From Octopus bimaculoides (lineage: Eukaryota): 43,789 nucleotides of DNA. This document shows, piece by piece, positions 1 to 11,708 of this stretch (position 1 is the stretch's first letter; every line of letters begins with the position of its first letter). A model generated the notes under the pieces. That model did not search any database and was not told where the DNA came from. It saw only the letters and a list, made by a program, of their open reading frames with translations. The stretch is taken from positions 40,231,994-40,275,782 of the forward strand of contig NC_069000.1 of assembly GCF_001194135.2 (NCBI RefSeq), in the 5' to 3' direction. The position numbers and the translations under genes are program-made.

Positions 1-30
1 TATATATATGTATATATATATACATATATT

Positions 31-64
<34 letters not shown>

Positions 65-396
65 CATATATTTATATATATAAGAAATAGGGTAATTAAA
101 GAAATAAAAACATTTAGCAGAAAATAGCTTTAAAAACCGTCCAAATGGCAGCATATCTGGGTTGCAGTTTACCCCCATGTGTGATGATAAGAAAAGGGAG
201 AGATTGAGAAAGCAGGAGGGAGGAAGTGCAAAAAAAAGTTCAGCATTCATTTCCCCCAAAATAACCCACCCTCTTCACTATCTAACTTTCATTCTTCCAC
301 CTCTTTTTTCTTCAAATATAATTCTACAACGTGTTTACAACATGTGCATTAGCGGCTTTTGAGTGTTGTTTTTTTTATGCATACCTTATCTAATAG

Positions 397-442
397 CTGC
401 AACGATGCGACTGCAAAAGCAGCGATTAGATGATGTGAAGAG
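397..442 (+). CDS. Candidate short internal exon (unverified)
   Basis: T-rich tract then ctaatag| acceptor at 396 and GAAGAG|GTAAGG donor at 442/443. One frame of three is open (xATMRLQKQRLDDVK). No recognisable homology. Confidence 0.3.
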
Positions 443-716
443 GTAAGGGCGAGCAGACGAAGGATGAAAGAAATGAGAAATAAAAGATGGTCTAAGAATC
501 GTGGAGTCCTGTGGAATTAAGGTGAAATATGTTTCAGGTTGAGTTTCATCGTGTGGGAGGATAAATAAAATGCTGAGAAGAGACATGTGCACGAAGCAAA
601 AAAAAATGACATTGATGATGGCGTTTTAACTATGGTCGCCATCTTAACTCCTCTAGAAATGACGACGAGGGGAAGAGAGAGGGAGACAAAGGGAGGATGA
701 GGTGAGAACTAGTATA

Positions 717-763
717 TTCTTTTATACGTTTCAGCCCTAAGGCTGCGGCCATGCCGGGGCACC
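717..763 (-). mobile_element. SINE A-type 3' tail fragment
   Basis: gtttcagccctaaggctgcggccatgccggggcacc is a variant of the reverse-complemented family A tail (GGTGCTCCAGCATGGCCGCAGTC...TGAAAC). Confidence 0.7.
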
Positions 764-779
764 AACAATGGTATGTTTA

Positions 780-1018
780 TCTTTTATCTTTTACTTGTTT
801 CAGTCATTGGACTGCGGCCAAGCTGGGGCACCGCCTTGAAGGGTTTTATAGTCGAACTAATCGACTCCAGTAATCAGGTCTTCTTTATATTTTAAAGCCT
901 AGCTCTTATTTTATTCTATCGGTGTTTTATGCCGAACTGCTAAGTTATGAAGGACGTAAACAAACCAGCACCGGTTATCAAAGCAGTGGAAGGGAAAAAC
1001 ACAGCTACAAAGACAACC
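780..1018 (-). mobile_element. SINE family A, 3' half
   Basis: Aligns by eye to the reverse complement of 12360-12577 and ends at a (CA)n tract. The head is absent. Confidence 0.85.
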
Positions 1019-1076
1019 ACACACACACACACATTTTATATAGAGATAGATAGATAGATATATACATACATACATA

Positions 1077-1256
1077 TCTTTTACTGGTTTTCAGACATTG
1101 GTCTGTGGCCATGCTGGGGCACCGGCTTGAAACGTTTTAGTCGAAGAAATCGACCCGCAGTACTTATGTCTCTTGAACTTTGCTTATTTTGTCGAACCGC
1201 TAATTTACAAGAACTTAAAGTAACACCGGTTGTCACGTGGCGGTAAGAGTGTGTGT

Positions 1257-1305
<49 letters not shown>

Positions 1306-1426
1306 CGGGCTTCCACTCAGTTTCCGTGTATCAAATTTACTTGCAAGGCATTGGTCGGCTCGAGATGCGGAGCAGTGGAACCAAACCTAAAACTACGCGG
1401 TTGGAAAGCTAGTTTCTAAACCACAC
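1077..1426 (-). mobile_element. SINE family A, near full length, internal (CA)n
   Basis: Tail, middle, (CA)n at about 1260-1303 and a decayed tRNA-like head are all collinear with 12181-12577. Confidence 0.85.
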
Positions 1427-1460
1427 ACACAGAAACACACACTCAGAAAGATGGTGAATA

Positions 1461-1645
1461 TTCTTTTACTAGTTCTATTTTAGACACTGGATAGCGGCCA
1501 TGTTGGCGTACCATATTAAAAAATCTAACCGCTTTTATTCGACCCCCATATTTATTGCACTCTGATGCCTTATTTCATCGATAGTTATCTGCCGAAACGC
1601 TAGATAACGACCCATAAGTGGGCACTATATAAACAACACCTGTTT
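1461..1645 (-). mobile_element. SINE family A, decayed 3' half
   Basis: Residual motifs gcggccatg, tcgacccc, gccgaaacgcta and aaacaacacc occur in the expected order. Confidence 0.6.
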
Positions 1646-1789
1646 CCAGATAAAATATAGACACCGTAAAAAAACAAAAAACTTTTGAACGATATTACAT
1701 ATGTGATACCTTATCATATGTGTATTTAGTATGCAGGAAGCTCCCTTGAAATAATTCCCCTTCAATGATTACTTATATACGTGTGTGTG

Positions 1790-1791
1790 TG

Positions 1792-1849
<58 letters not shown>

Positions 1850-2393
1850 TGCATAAATATATGTGTGTGAAATTTTATATGCGATCCAGAATATCTAAGC
1901 AATTGCAGATAGATGTTAATGAGTTATTTAATTAATGAAAAAGTATGAGCATTAGATAATTGGATAGGTGTGTGGAAGAGAGAGAGAGGGGGGAAGAGAG
2001 TGAGTGAGTGAATGAGAAAGAAAGAGCAGGTTGTGTGTGTATATAAAGGAGAGAGAGAGAGAGAGAGAGAGAAAGGAGGTTGGGTGGACGTGAGAAAAAC
2101 AGAGAGGGCGTTGTGAGAGAGAGAGAGAGAGAAAGAAAGAGAGCGTTGTGAAAGAGGGGAGAGAGAGCTTATTGTGAAAGAGAGGGAGAGAGCGTTGTGA
2201 AAGAGAGAGAGAGCGTTGCGAAAGAGGGAGAGAGAGGGAGCGTTGTGAAAGGGAGAGAGAGCGTTGTGAAAGAGGGGGAGAGAAAGAGAGTTGTCAAAGG
2301 AAGAGCTTTGTGAAGGAGGGAGGGAGCGTGTGAAAGAGAGGCAGAGAGTGTGCGAAAGTGAAAGAGAGAAAGAGGTGACAGAGAGGGAGAGAG

Positions 2394-2427
<34 letters not shown>
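1790..2427. repeat. (GA)n polypurine tract with about 22-25 bp minisatellite (GAGAGAGCGTTGTGAAAGAG...) then (GT)n into a gap
   Basis: Repeated gcgttgtgaaaga units at about 2105-2280 within GA repeats. Confidence 0.9.
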
Positions 2428-2850
2428 NNNNNNNNNNNNNNNNNNNNNNNNNNNNNNNNNNNNNNNNNNNNNNNNNNNNNNNNNNNNNNNNNNNNNNNNN
2501 NNNNNNNNNNNNNNNNNNNNNNNNNNNNNNNNNNNNNNNNNNNNNNNNNNNNNNNNNNNNNNNNNNNNNNNNNNNNNNNNNNNNNNNNNNNNNNNNNNNN
2601 NNNNNNNNNNNNNNNNNNNNNNNNNNNNNNNNNNNNNNNNNNNNNNNNNNNNNNNNNNNNNNNNNNNNNNNNNNNNNNNNNNNNNNNNNNNNNNNNNNNN
2701 NNNNNNNNNNNNNNNNNNNNNNNNNNNNNNNNNNNNNNNNNNNNNNNNNNNNNNNNNNNNNNNNNNNNNNNNNNNNNNNNNNNNNNNNNNNNNNNNNNNN
2801 NNNNNNNNNNNNNNNNNNNNNNNNNNNNNNNNNNNNNNNNNNNNNNNNNN

Positions 2851-2886
<36 letters not shown>

Positions 2887-3947
2887 AGCAAATCGCGAGC
2901 ACACCATGAAAGTGATGATACATATCTACCTACACGCATAAATGCCTGTCTTACATACATACATACATCAAATCAAACTTATAGGGTCAAAGTTGAGAGG
3001 TCAGAGCTTGAAGCCTATAAATGTCTCTGGCAATAAGAGACAATACTAAATAACAAGGCCTGCCTTCGCGGCCAGCCAGCCAGCCAGTTGGCCTGCAAGA
3101 CAATGCGCAACTGAGCCTTCACAGCAGCCGTGGTGGTGGTGGTAGTGGTGGTGGTGACGGTGACACACTAGAAGGGAAATAGTTGCGTAATATTTACACA
3201 CGTGTGTGTGTGTGCATATATACATATATATATATATATATACGTGTATGCATACATATACATAAATACACAAGTAAACACACAGGCAAATATATACATG
3301 TATATACACGCATATACAAGCATACATATGCACACGTATACATGCGCACATACATAGATAAACACGTGCACACACACACACACATATATATATTGCATAC
3401 GCACACACACACACGTATACACATTGAGCATCTGAATAAGGTTGCGAGCTTAAATTCCTTTTGTAAAATGTCGCAGTAAGAGAGGGGGGGGTCACGACCT
3501 GAGGTCAAAGGTCGGGGCCAAATATTATGTGAGTCAGTGCTTGAAATATTTTGTCTATTATGTCATGTGACTTGCTGATAACAACTGTGACAATCGCTCC
3601 CCTTCTTTCCCTCTCTACTCTTATCTCTCTCTCTTCCTATCTCTGTACCTGTCTCGCTTTTCCTTCCCTTTCCCCCCCCCCCATGTCACCCCTGTTTCTC
3701 TCAACATTTCCCTCTCTCTCTGTTATAGGTTTCCTCTTTATCGAGTTCTGTCTTCATCCTCACCATATCTCTCCTATTTCCCCAATTTGCAAGCCGAGAA
3801 AATAAAGGAAAGACGTTGGCCAGATGTCAATGACATACCAATCCAGATGTCAACCAAAATGCCTGTCCGACACACTCAACAGAATATTAATGCAAACTAA
3901 TTAATATTCTATCTATTACAGTCACCACGTCTGAATATTTCGTGAAG

Positions 3948-4121
3948 TGGTTAAATCGATTACATCGACCCCAGTGCTCAACTTCTACTTATTTTATCAA
4001 CCCCGAGAGGATGAAAGGCAAAGTCGACCTCGGCTGAAATGGAACTCACAAACGTAAAAACAGACGAATGCCATAAAAGAGTTTTCTCCGGTGTCCTAAC
4101 TCTCTTAACAGCTCGCTGCCT
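3948..4121 (-). mobile_element. SINE family D copy
   Basis: tcgattacatcgaccccag...ggatgaaaggcaaagtcgacctcgg...gaactca matches other D copies (17783, 29582). The tRNA-like B box (GAGTTC..TT) is on the minus strand. Confidence 0.85.
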
Positions 4122-4135
4122 GAATCAAGTAACAG

Positions 4136-4342
4136 ATATTCTTTCTACTGTAGGCACAAAAACTGATGCTTTGGGAGAAGGGGTTAGTCGATTATATTGG
4201 TTCCAGCGCTGAACTGGTACCTTTTTCATCTATTTCGAAAGGGTGAAAGGCAAAGTCAACCTCCGCGGAATTTGAACTCAGAACGCAGCGACGGGCGAAA
4301 TACCGCTAAGCATTTCGCCAGGGGCGCTAACGATTCTGCCTT
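4136..4342 (-). mobile_element. SINE family D copy
   Basis: Same modules, with B box ggaatttgaactc (rc GAGTTCAAATTCC) and A-box region ctaacgattctgcc. Confidence 0.85.
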
Positions 4343-4449
4343 AATAATAATAACAACCCTTTCTACTGGAAGCACAAGGCCTTAAATTAGGTGGAAGGGA
4401 TTAAGTCGATTACATCGACCCCAGTACGCAACTGGTACTTAATTTATTG
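4343..4449 (-). mobile_element. SINE family D, 3' part
   Basis: ctttctact..gcacaaggcc...aagtcgattacatcgaccccagtacgcaactggtactta. Third of three tandem copies. Confidence 0.85.
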
Positions 4450-4854
4450 TGCAGACTGCAAAAGCCAATAAAGTAGAAATAAAAGTTAAAAGATTTATTC
4501 TTTCTGTGCGGCCCGGTACCTGTTTTAGAGGACAAGTGATGTCATTTTCTGACCCCTAGTTACCAGTCAATAATATCAGCTTGGTGTCAATACAACCAAT
4601 TTTTCAAACAAGATAAAATAAATATTTGAAATTTCAAGCTGACCTTCAGAGGGTTCGAACTCCCCAACTGAACACTTTCGGAATTTAAGCACAGCAGAGA
4701 GAGAGGGGTGGAGGTGATGGGTAATAGTGGTGGTAGTGGTGGCAGTATGCAACAGTCTAAGTAACCTATATAAAAGTCGTCTTTATGACTCAGAATTAAC
4801 TTTATTTTTGTGATAGTGCAGGTCACAGCTCATGAATATGTATGAGGGAAGTGG

Positions 4855-5465
4855 CGGAGGAGGGGGGGAGAAAGAAAGAAAGGAAAGACGGGAGAAAAGA
4901 GAAAAAGAATGAAAGGAAAATGTAAAATGTTAGAGGGAAAAAAATGAAAGAATAGTAAAAAAAAGAGCGAAAGTTTGTGAAAAGGCCACACGCATATACA
5001 CACACATTCATATACAGACATATATATATACATAAACCTGTAGATTGCGTGAGAGAGAGAGAGAGAGAAAGAGAGAGATAGAGAGAGAACAGGAGAGGGA
5101 GAGAGAGGTGTGAAAAGAGGGTGTGAAAGAACTTGGGGGAGAAGAAAAGAGAGATAAAGACAAGGAAAGAGAGAGAGGGAAAGGAAGAGGATCTGAGAGA
5201 AAGGCACAGAGAGAGACAGAGGGGAGAAAGAAATAGAGCGGGAGAGAGAGCGAGAGAGTGAAAGGGGAGAGGAAAAGCGATGGAGAGAGGGGAGAACGAT
5301 AGAGGGTTGGGGAGAGAGAGAAAAAAGACAGAGAGGGAAAGATGCAGTCAAAGAACTACGGAGAGAAGAAAAGGAGATAGAGAAAGAACAGAAGAAGGAC
5401 TGAGAGAAAAGAAGAGAGGGAGAAAGAAAGAGAAAGACAGAGACGAGGAGAGAAAGATAGACAGA
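4855..5465. repeat. GA-rich low-complexity polypurine tract
   Basis: Almost entirely A/G on the + strand. Generates spurious S/L/F and E/R ORFs. Confidence 0.9.
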
Positions 5466-6037
5466 TAAGAGTTACTGTACGTTAATAGAAACAAAAGCAA
5501 AACTAGAGAACGGACCTATCTTTGAGTGTTCGTTGGTTATGTATGCATGGAAGAGCCTAAAACCCAAGGCAAGGACAATAGAAAAAAAGCTTGCGGCGTG
5601 TGAAGTTTATGCCTTAATGTATAAGGAATTAAACACATAATTGAAATTTCCCAAAGCCAGATATTGAAACTGGATCGCAAATTTAAACATCAGAGAACCG
5701 GTTTCTGTATGAACGTACCTCCGTCAACACCCAGAAATAATTTAATAATATCTAATTATGTAAGAGGGTTGCAGACGGCTTACTCGACAGGAAGTTGTAT
5801 AATTACTAACCGTAGCAAGGATAATAGCTTGCACCCGATAGCAATCACTGTACTATGTCTTTGGATGGCCAAGACAAATGCCAACGACCAGGTCAATCTA
5901 AGCTGTAGTTTAACACTTTGGCTACGTTATTAAATTCTATGGCCATTGACCCATTAGCGTCCATGGTCCTTTATTTTTCTTAACACCAGAAGGATAATCC
6001 GTCATATTTCTGCAAAATCTGTATTTTTCTGAGATAT

Positions 6038-6255
6038 TTTACTCTTACTCGTATCAGTCATTTGACTGCGGCCATGCTGAAGCACCGCCTTTAGCCGAAC
6101 GCATCGACCCCAGGACTTATTCTTTGTAAGCCTAGTACTTACTCTATCTTTCCCTTTTGCCGAACCGCTAGGTTACGGGGACGTAGGCACACCAATATCG
6201 GTTGTCAAGCGACGGTGGTAGTTTGACAAACAGATTCACACACACACACACACAC

Positions 6256-6300
<45 letters not shown>

Positions 6301-6362
6301 GGTTCTTTCAGTTTCCGTCTATCACGTCCACTCACAAGGCTTTGTTTGGCCTGAGGCTGAAC
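6038..6362 (-). mobile_element. SINE family A with internal (CA)n(TA)n, head runs into gap
   Basis: High similarity to the rc of 12181-12577. Confidence 0.9.
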
Positions 6363-6959
6363 NNNNNNNNNNNNNNNNNNNNNNNNNNNNNNNNNNNNNN
6401 NNNNNNNNNNNNNNNNNNNNNNNNNNNNNNNNNNNNNNNNNNNNNNNNNNNNNNNNNNNNNNNNNNNNNNNNNNNNNNNNNNNNNNNNNNNNNNNNNNNN
6501 NNNNNNNNNNNNNNNNNNNNNNNNNNNNNNNNNNNNNNNNNNNNNNNNNNNNNNNNNNNNNNNNNNNNNNNNNNNNNNNNNNNNNNNNNNNNNNNNNNNN
6601 NNNNNNNNNNNNNNNNNNNNNNNNNNNNNNNNNNNNNNNNNNNNNNNNNNNNNNNNNNNNNNNNNNNNNNNNNNNNNNNNNNNNNNNNNNNNNNNNNNNN
6701 NNNNNNNNNNNNNNNNNNNNNNNNNNNNNNNNNNNNNNNNNNNNNNNNNNNNNNNNNNNNNNNNNNNNNNNNNNNNNNNNNNNNNNNNNNNNNNNNNNNN
6801 NNNNNNNNNNNNNNNNNNNNNNNNNNNNNNNNNNNNNNNNNNNNNNNNNNNNNNNNNNNNNNNNNNNNNNNNNNNNNNNNNNNNNNNNNNNNNNNNNNNN
6901 NNNNNNNNNNNNNNNNNNNNNNNNNNNNNNNNNNNNNNNNNNNNNNNNNNNNNNNNNNN

Positions 6960-6994
<35 letters not shown>

Positions 6995-6998
<4 letters not shown>

Positions 6999-7193
6999 TT
7001 GTGTGTCTGTGTTTGTCCTCCCACCATCACTTGACAACCGATGTTGGTGTGTTTACGTCCCCGTTACTTAGCTGTTCGACAAAATGACCGATAGAATAAG
7101 TACTAAGCTTACAAAGAATAAGTCCTGAGATTGAGTTCTTCGACTAAAGGCGGTGCTCCAGCATGGCCGCAGTCAAATGACTGAAACAAATAA
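6995..7193 (+). mobile_element. SINE family A, 3' half (head probably in gap)
   Basis: gtgtctgtgtttgtcc...ccagcatggccgcagtcaaatgactgaaacaa. Confidence 0.9.
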
Positions 7194-7379
7194 ATTTATA
7201 TATATTTCATTTACTTGTTTTATTCATTTGACTACGACCATATGTGTGTGTGTGTTCATATTCTCTAGGTACATACAAGCAGCTTCGAACAATTATACGC
7301 ACGGACAATTAAACGTGAGCCAGAACACACTCACTCACACACACACTCACATGTTTATATACCCGCATATACACACATG

Positions 7380-7427
<48 letters not shown>

Positions 7428-7761
7428 AGTACATTCGTACGTGCTCTCACGTGGATTCTTATATACACGAGCAACTCATCCATCCCGACCTTTTCACACA
7501 CATACGCAGTTCGTCCATACACGTGCAACATGGATGTGTTATGAAGTTTAAATCAACATTTTATACTCAATAGGCTTAACATAAATACCGTTTAAGATCG
7601 ATCCTTCATCGCTGTATTTGGATTTGACCCATTAATGAGGTCACCGAGTATAGAAACACTCACAGCCCTGTTTGTCTACGCGTTTCTTCGTTAGGGTCAA
7701 TGAGGTTGCGTTCCTGGAGCGAACCTTTTCTCTCAGGAATTATTTCGTCTTTATTCTTTTT

Positions 7762-8000
7762 ATTCTCTCACTTGTTTTTCGGTCATTAGACTGCGGCCAT
7801 GCTGGGCACCCCCTTGAAGAATTTTTGTCGAACGAAATGACCCAGGTACTTATATATTCTTTTTGCTTTATTTCATTTTATTTGAAGTCTGGTACGTACT
7901 CTGTCGCTCTCTATTGCCGAACCGCTACGTTACGGGGACGTAAACACACCAGCTTCGGGTGTCAAGCGATGGAAGCGGGGACAAACACACATAAATACAC
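7762..8000 (-). mobile_element. SINE family A, 3' half
   Basis: gactgcggccatgctgg...gccgaaccgctacgttacggggacgtaaacacaccagc...ggggacaaacac. Confidence 0.9.
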
Positions 8001-8054
8001 CAACACCACTATTTCCAGCGTGGTGGTATCTCTTTGACACCCTAAGTTATAATT

Positions 8055-8123
<69 letters not shown>

Positions 8124-8401
8124 NNNNNNNNNNNNNNNNNNNNNNNNNNNNNNNNNNNNNNNNNNNNNNNNNNNNNNNNNNNNNNNNNNNNNNNNNNNNN
8201 NNNNNNNNNNNNNNNNNNNNNNNNNNNNNNNNNNNNNNNNNNNNNNNNNNNNNNNNNNNNNNNNNNNNNNNNNNNNNNNNNNNNNNNNNNNNNNNNNNNN
8301 NNNNNNNNNNNNNNNNNNNNNNNNNNNNNNNNNNNNNNNNNNNNNNNNNNNNNNNNNNNNNNNNNNNNNNNNNNNNNNNNNNNNNNNNNNNNNNNNNNNN
8401 N

Positions 8402-8601
8402 GCCAGTTTAGCCAATAAAATGGCTGATATTTAGCAAGGTGAGACACACATAAGAAGGAAGGAAACAAAGGACCACTGATGAGGTCACAGAAGTGTGACG
8501 AAAGAACTCTGGCCGAAATAAGATTAGGATTAATGTAATATAAAGCTGAAGCAAATTAACACCAAATATACAGTGCGTGTGTTTTTATTGGCTAAACTGG
8601 C
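8402..8601 (+). mobile_element. Hammerhead-bearing cassette bounded by a 19-bp perfect inverted repeat (Penelope-like pLTR derivative, inferred)
   Basis: GCCAGTTTAGCCAATAAAA (8402-8420, cut by the gap) and TTTTATTGGCTAAACTGGC (8583-8601) enclose the hammerhead at 8473-8512. Confidence 0.6.
8473..8512 (+). ncRNA. Minimal type I hammerhead ribozyme
   Basis: Stem I CCA(8473-75)/TGG(8510-12); core CTGATGA (8476-82); one extra G; stem II GTCACA-GAAG-TGTGAC (8484-99); GAAA (8500-03); short stem III A-G-(AA)-C-T; cleavage triplet CTC ending at 8509. Confidence 0.8.
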
Positions 8602-8626
8602 AATATGACCATCCCCAAGTACAACA

Positions 8627-8656
<30 letters not shown>

Positions 8657-8657
<1 letters not shown>

Positions 8658-8820
8658 CGTTGTACTTCTTTCAGTTTCCGTCTACCAAATCCACTCACAA
8701 GGCTTTGGTCGGCCGGAGACTATAGTAAAAGACATTTGTCGAAGGTGCCACGCAGTGGAACTGAACCCGGAACTATGTGGTCGGGAAACAAGCTTCTTAA
8801 CGTACAAACACGCCTGTGCC
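8657..8820 (-). mobile_element. SINE family A, 5' half (tRNA-like head plus CORE-like segment)
   Basis: cttctttcagtttccgtctaccaaatccactcacaaggc...gtgccacgcagtggaactgaacccgg. Breaks at the (TA)n. Confidence 0.9.
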
Positions 8821-10357
8821 CAATAATCATTTTTATATAATTCCTAAAAATATAATAGGACTATTTTTTTTAACATTGAATGGCTAGAAGGGGCCAACCA
8901 AGAAAAAGCGGAATCCATGGGGCCTGTAGTCAAAACAGATTAAAGTCGGCTGGTTTATTATTGGTCGTCACAGCTCACATTAACTTCGCTTCTAAAAATA
9001 TTTTAGACTTATTAGCAAAGAGAAGGAGAACAAGGAAAGATCCCTTCGGTGCGGGCTCCACCCACTCCACTCCATCTTATACCCTACTGTACAGATTGAC
9101 AATGTCAAATCAAAAGATTGCTTAGAGTTGGTCATGTTAGGGAGCGTGAGAGAGGCAGAGTGAATGACAGAGAGATAATATTTAAGAGAGACGAAGAGAG
9201 TGTTTGAAAGAGGCAGAGATAATGAGAGAGAGAGAGAGAGAGGTTGGATAGAGTGAGAGAGAAGGGAAGATAAAGAGGGAGTGAGGGGAAAGAGAGGGAG
9301 ACGGAGATAAAGATGGGAGAAAGAAGGAAATAAGAGATTATATATATATTAGAAAATTTAACTTGGATTGGAGCGCGCGCGAGCATGATAGCCTTTCGGC
9401 TGAGGGCATTTTGGAACATCGTCATTAAAATAGACAAGATGACTGAAAGACAAATTAATAGAGATAAATAAATAAATAAATAAACAACCTCTTCAGACAA
9501 TAAAAATGAGATGAATAAATAAATAAATAAAAGATGGATGATGAATATAGTTTTGAAAATAGCAGTAGCGGAAAACATTTATTTACAAGATGTCACTGAT
9601 CAGGAAGACATCAACTACAACAACTGGAACATCTACAACATCAATCAAAAGCAATCCATCAAAGCTGGACTAGTTTCTATTTAATGGAAAGCAACAAACA
9701 CATAAGCAGACAGCAAACGCACTGACTGACAGGAAGCAGACGATATCAGAACGAAGACATATTGAAATGGTGACAAGTAAGCGTTTTTATGTATGCAACC
9801 GGAAAACGAAATGGCTTGCTTGATATGTGTGTGTGTGTGCCTGTGTATTCAGCTCTCAATATCTGCCAACGCAGAAGTTGATGGATTGTTTGGTAGAGAT
9901 GGAGAGCTGTACAAAATGTTTTATAATATTTAGTTTCGTGCTGCAATATTTCTAGTTCAAATTTCGTCTGTGCACTCATTGAATCTTAACCTCCCGAAAA
10001 TAATTATTTTAACTGCAAGTAATATTTGGTATCCAATGAGCTTTTAAAATCATCCTTCTTTAAATATACCCGCGTATTCGTTGCTTTTTATTTTTGTTGT
10101 TTTTTTAATACGTAAGAACACTTGCGCCCTCTCGTTCATTAGAATCATTGAAGTTTTGGCATAACGAATTTTAGCAATCGAAAGTTCTCTGAAAACATGT
10201 TGAACGGACAGAGTCAACATCCACTGACACAGTTGCAAAAGCAATGGAAATTTTGGAAGAAAAAAAAAGAAAGAATATAATTGATAACTGAGTGGAAATC
10301 GAACCGGTGAGTGTGTTAGATATCAAAGCATTAAAGCAGTATGACTCCCCCCAGACA

Positions 10358-10436
10358 GGCTGGAGAATATATCAGTCGAAACGTTCTGTTATTAACAAAC
10401 AAGAGGAGGACAAATACCCGTCAAATGTAAATAATA
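10358..10436 (+). mobile_element. Decayed second copy of the 35698-35812 hammerhead element, 5' core lost
   Basis: ggctggagaatatatcagtcgaaacgtt...gaggacaaatacccgtcaaatgtaaataat aligns with 35730-35808. CTGAYGA is absent. Confidence 0.8.
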
Positions 10437-10805
10437 TAAATAAAAGTCGTCTTAAAAACAGCTTGCATAAATACATCCGGGTTTCCCTCCTCATAACACA
10501 CGCCATTTTTTTTTGTTTTGTTTTAAGTAACTACAGATATAAAGAGATCAATCATCATCGTAATATATTGTTATAAATATGCAATTTCCTGTCATTAATA
10601 GACGCTCCACTAATTTGCATAATAACCTTGCTTAATTGCTTTCTTCATTATCATCATCAGCATCGTTATCATTAGCATAGCTATCAACTTTTATTTCTTG
10701 TGTGAGCATGCACTAAATAAGGCAGTACATGACCTTTTATTCCGTTGCGCTCATACCATCTAACATCACAACCGTTTAGTAATACACACACACACACACA
10801 CACAC

Positions 10806-10843
<38 letters not shown>

Positions 10844-11157
10844 NNNNNNNNNNNNNNNNNNNNNNNNNNNNNNNNNNNNNNNNNNNNNNNNNNNNNNNNN
10901 NNNNNNNNNNNNNNNNNNNNNNNNNNNNNNNNNNNNNNNNNNNNNNNNNNNNNNNNNNNNNNNNNNNNNNNNNNNNNNNNNNNNNNNNNNNNNNNNNNNN
11001 NNNNNNNNNNNNNNNNNNNNNNNNNNNNNNNNNNNNNNNTAAAGTTCGTTTCCCTATTTGTTAATTACAGATTCACTTCTTGTTGTTCGACTAGTGAGGG
11101 ATAACACAAGGACACACACCATCAGAATAATAATTAACCCGACTGACGACAGCCTCT

Positions 11158-11250
11158 GTGTCTCTTCTTCAGTCTGTCTGTCTGTCTGTCTATCTCTCTC
11201 TTCTTCAGTGTTTGTCTGTCTGTCTGTCTGTCTCTTCTTCAGTCTGTCTG

Positions 11251-11296
<46 letters not shown>

Positions 11297-11520
11297 GTCT
11301 GTCTGTGTCTGTTTGTCTCTATCTCACTCTTCTTCAGTCTGTCTGTTTGTCTCTTCTTCAGTCTGTCTGTCTGTCTCCCTCTCCCTCTCTCTTCTTCAGT
11401 CTGTTTGTTTCTCTCCCTCTCCCTCTCTCTTCTTCAGTCTGTCTGTTTCTCTCCCTCTCCCTCTCTCTGCTTCTGCCAGTCTGTCTGTCTCCCTCTCCCC
11501 CCTCTCTCTCTGCTTCTATC
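11158..11520. repeat. CT-rich compound minisatellite (CTCTTCTTCAGTCTGTCTGT...)
   Basis: About 8 recurrences of ctcttcttcagtctgt separated by (CTGT)n/(CT)n. Confidence 0.9.
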
Positions 11521-11662
11521 TCTGATCTGTTCAATTTGGCTCCCCAACCTCCCTCCCTCACTCTACATACCTTTTATCCTCCTGTTCGCTTTTCTGTATA
11601 TTCTCACAACCCTCTCCAATTTCCTACTCGTCTCCTATCTATTTTCTCTTCTCTCTCAGGAA

Positions 11663-11708
<46 letters not shown>

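Noticed and set aside
3881-3910. Small perfect hairpins (11-bp AT-rich at 3881-3910; 8-bp TGTCACAT/ATGTGACA at 37022-37041)
   Set aside because: Short and/or AT-rich, likely by chance in 44 kb, with no supporting context.
4570-4670. B-box-like GGGTTCGAACTCC with a possible upstream A box
   Set aside because: Spacing and flanks do not form a tRNA, and there is no second copy in the window.
10050-10244. Non-repetitive short ORFs (also 5664-5933, 15017-15244, 34152-34427)
   Set aside because: No recognisable domain or paired splice signals. The lengths are expected by chance.
11158-11520. CRISPR-like repeat-spacer appearance of minisatellites (also 2105-2280, 22735-22903, 30640-30830)
   Set aside because: The spacers are simple repeats of variable length, the context is eukaryotic, and there are no cas genes.
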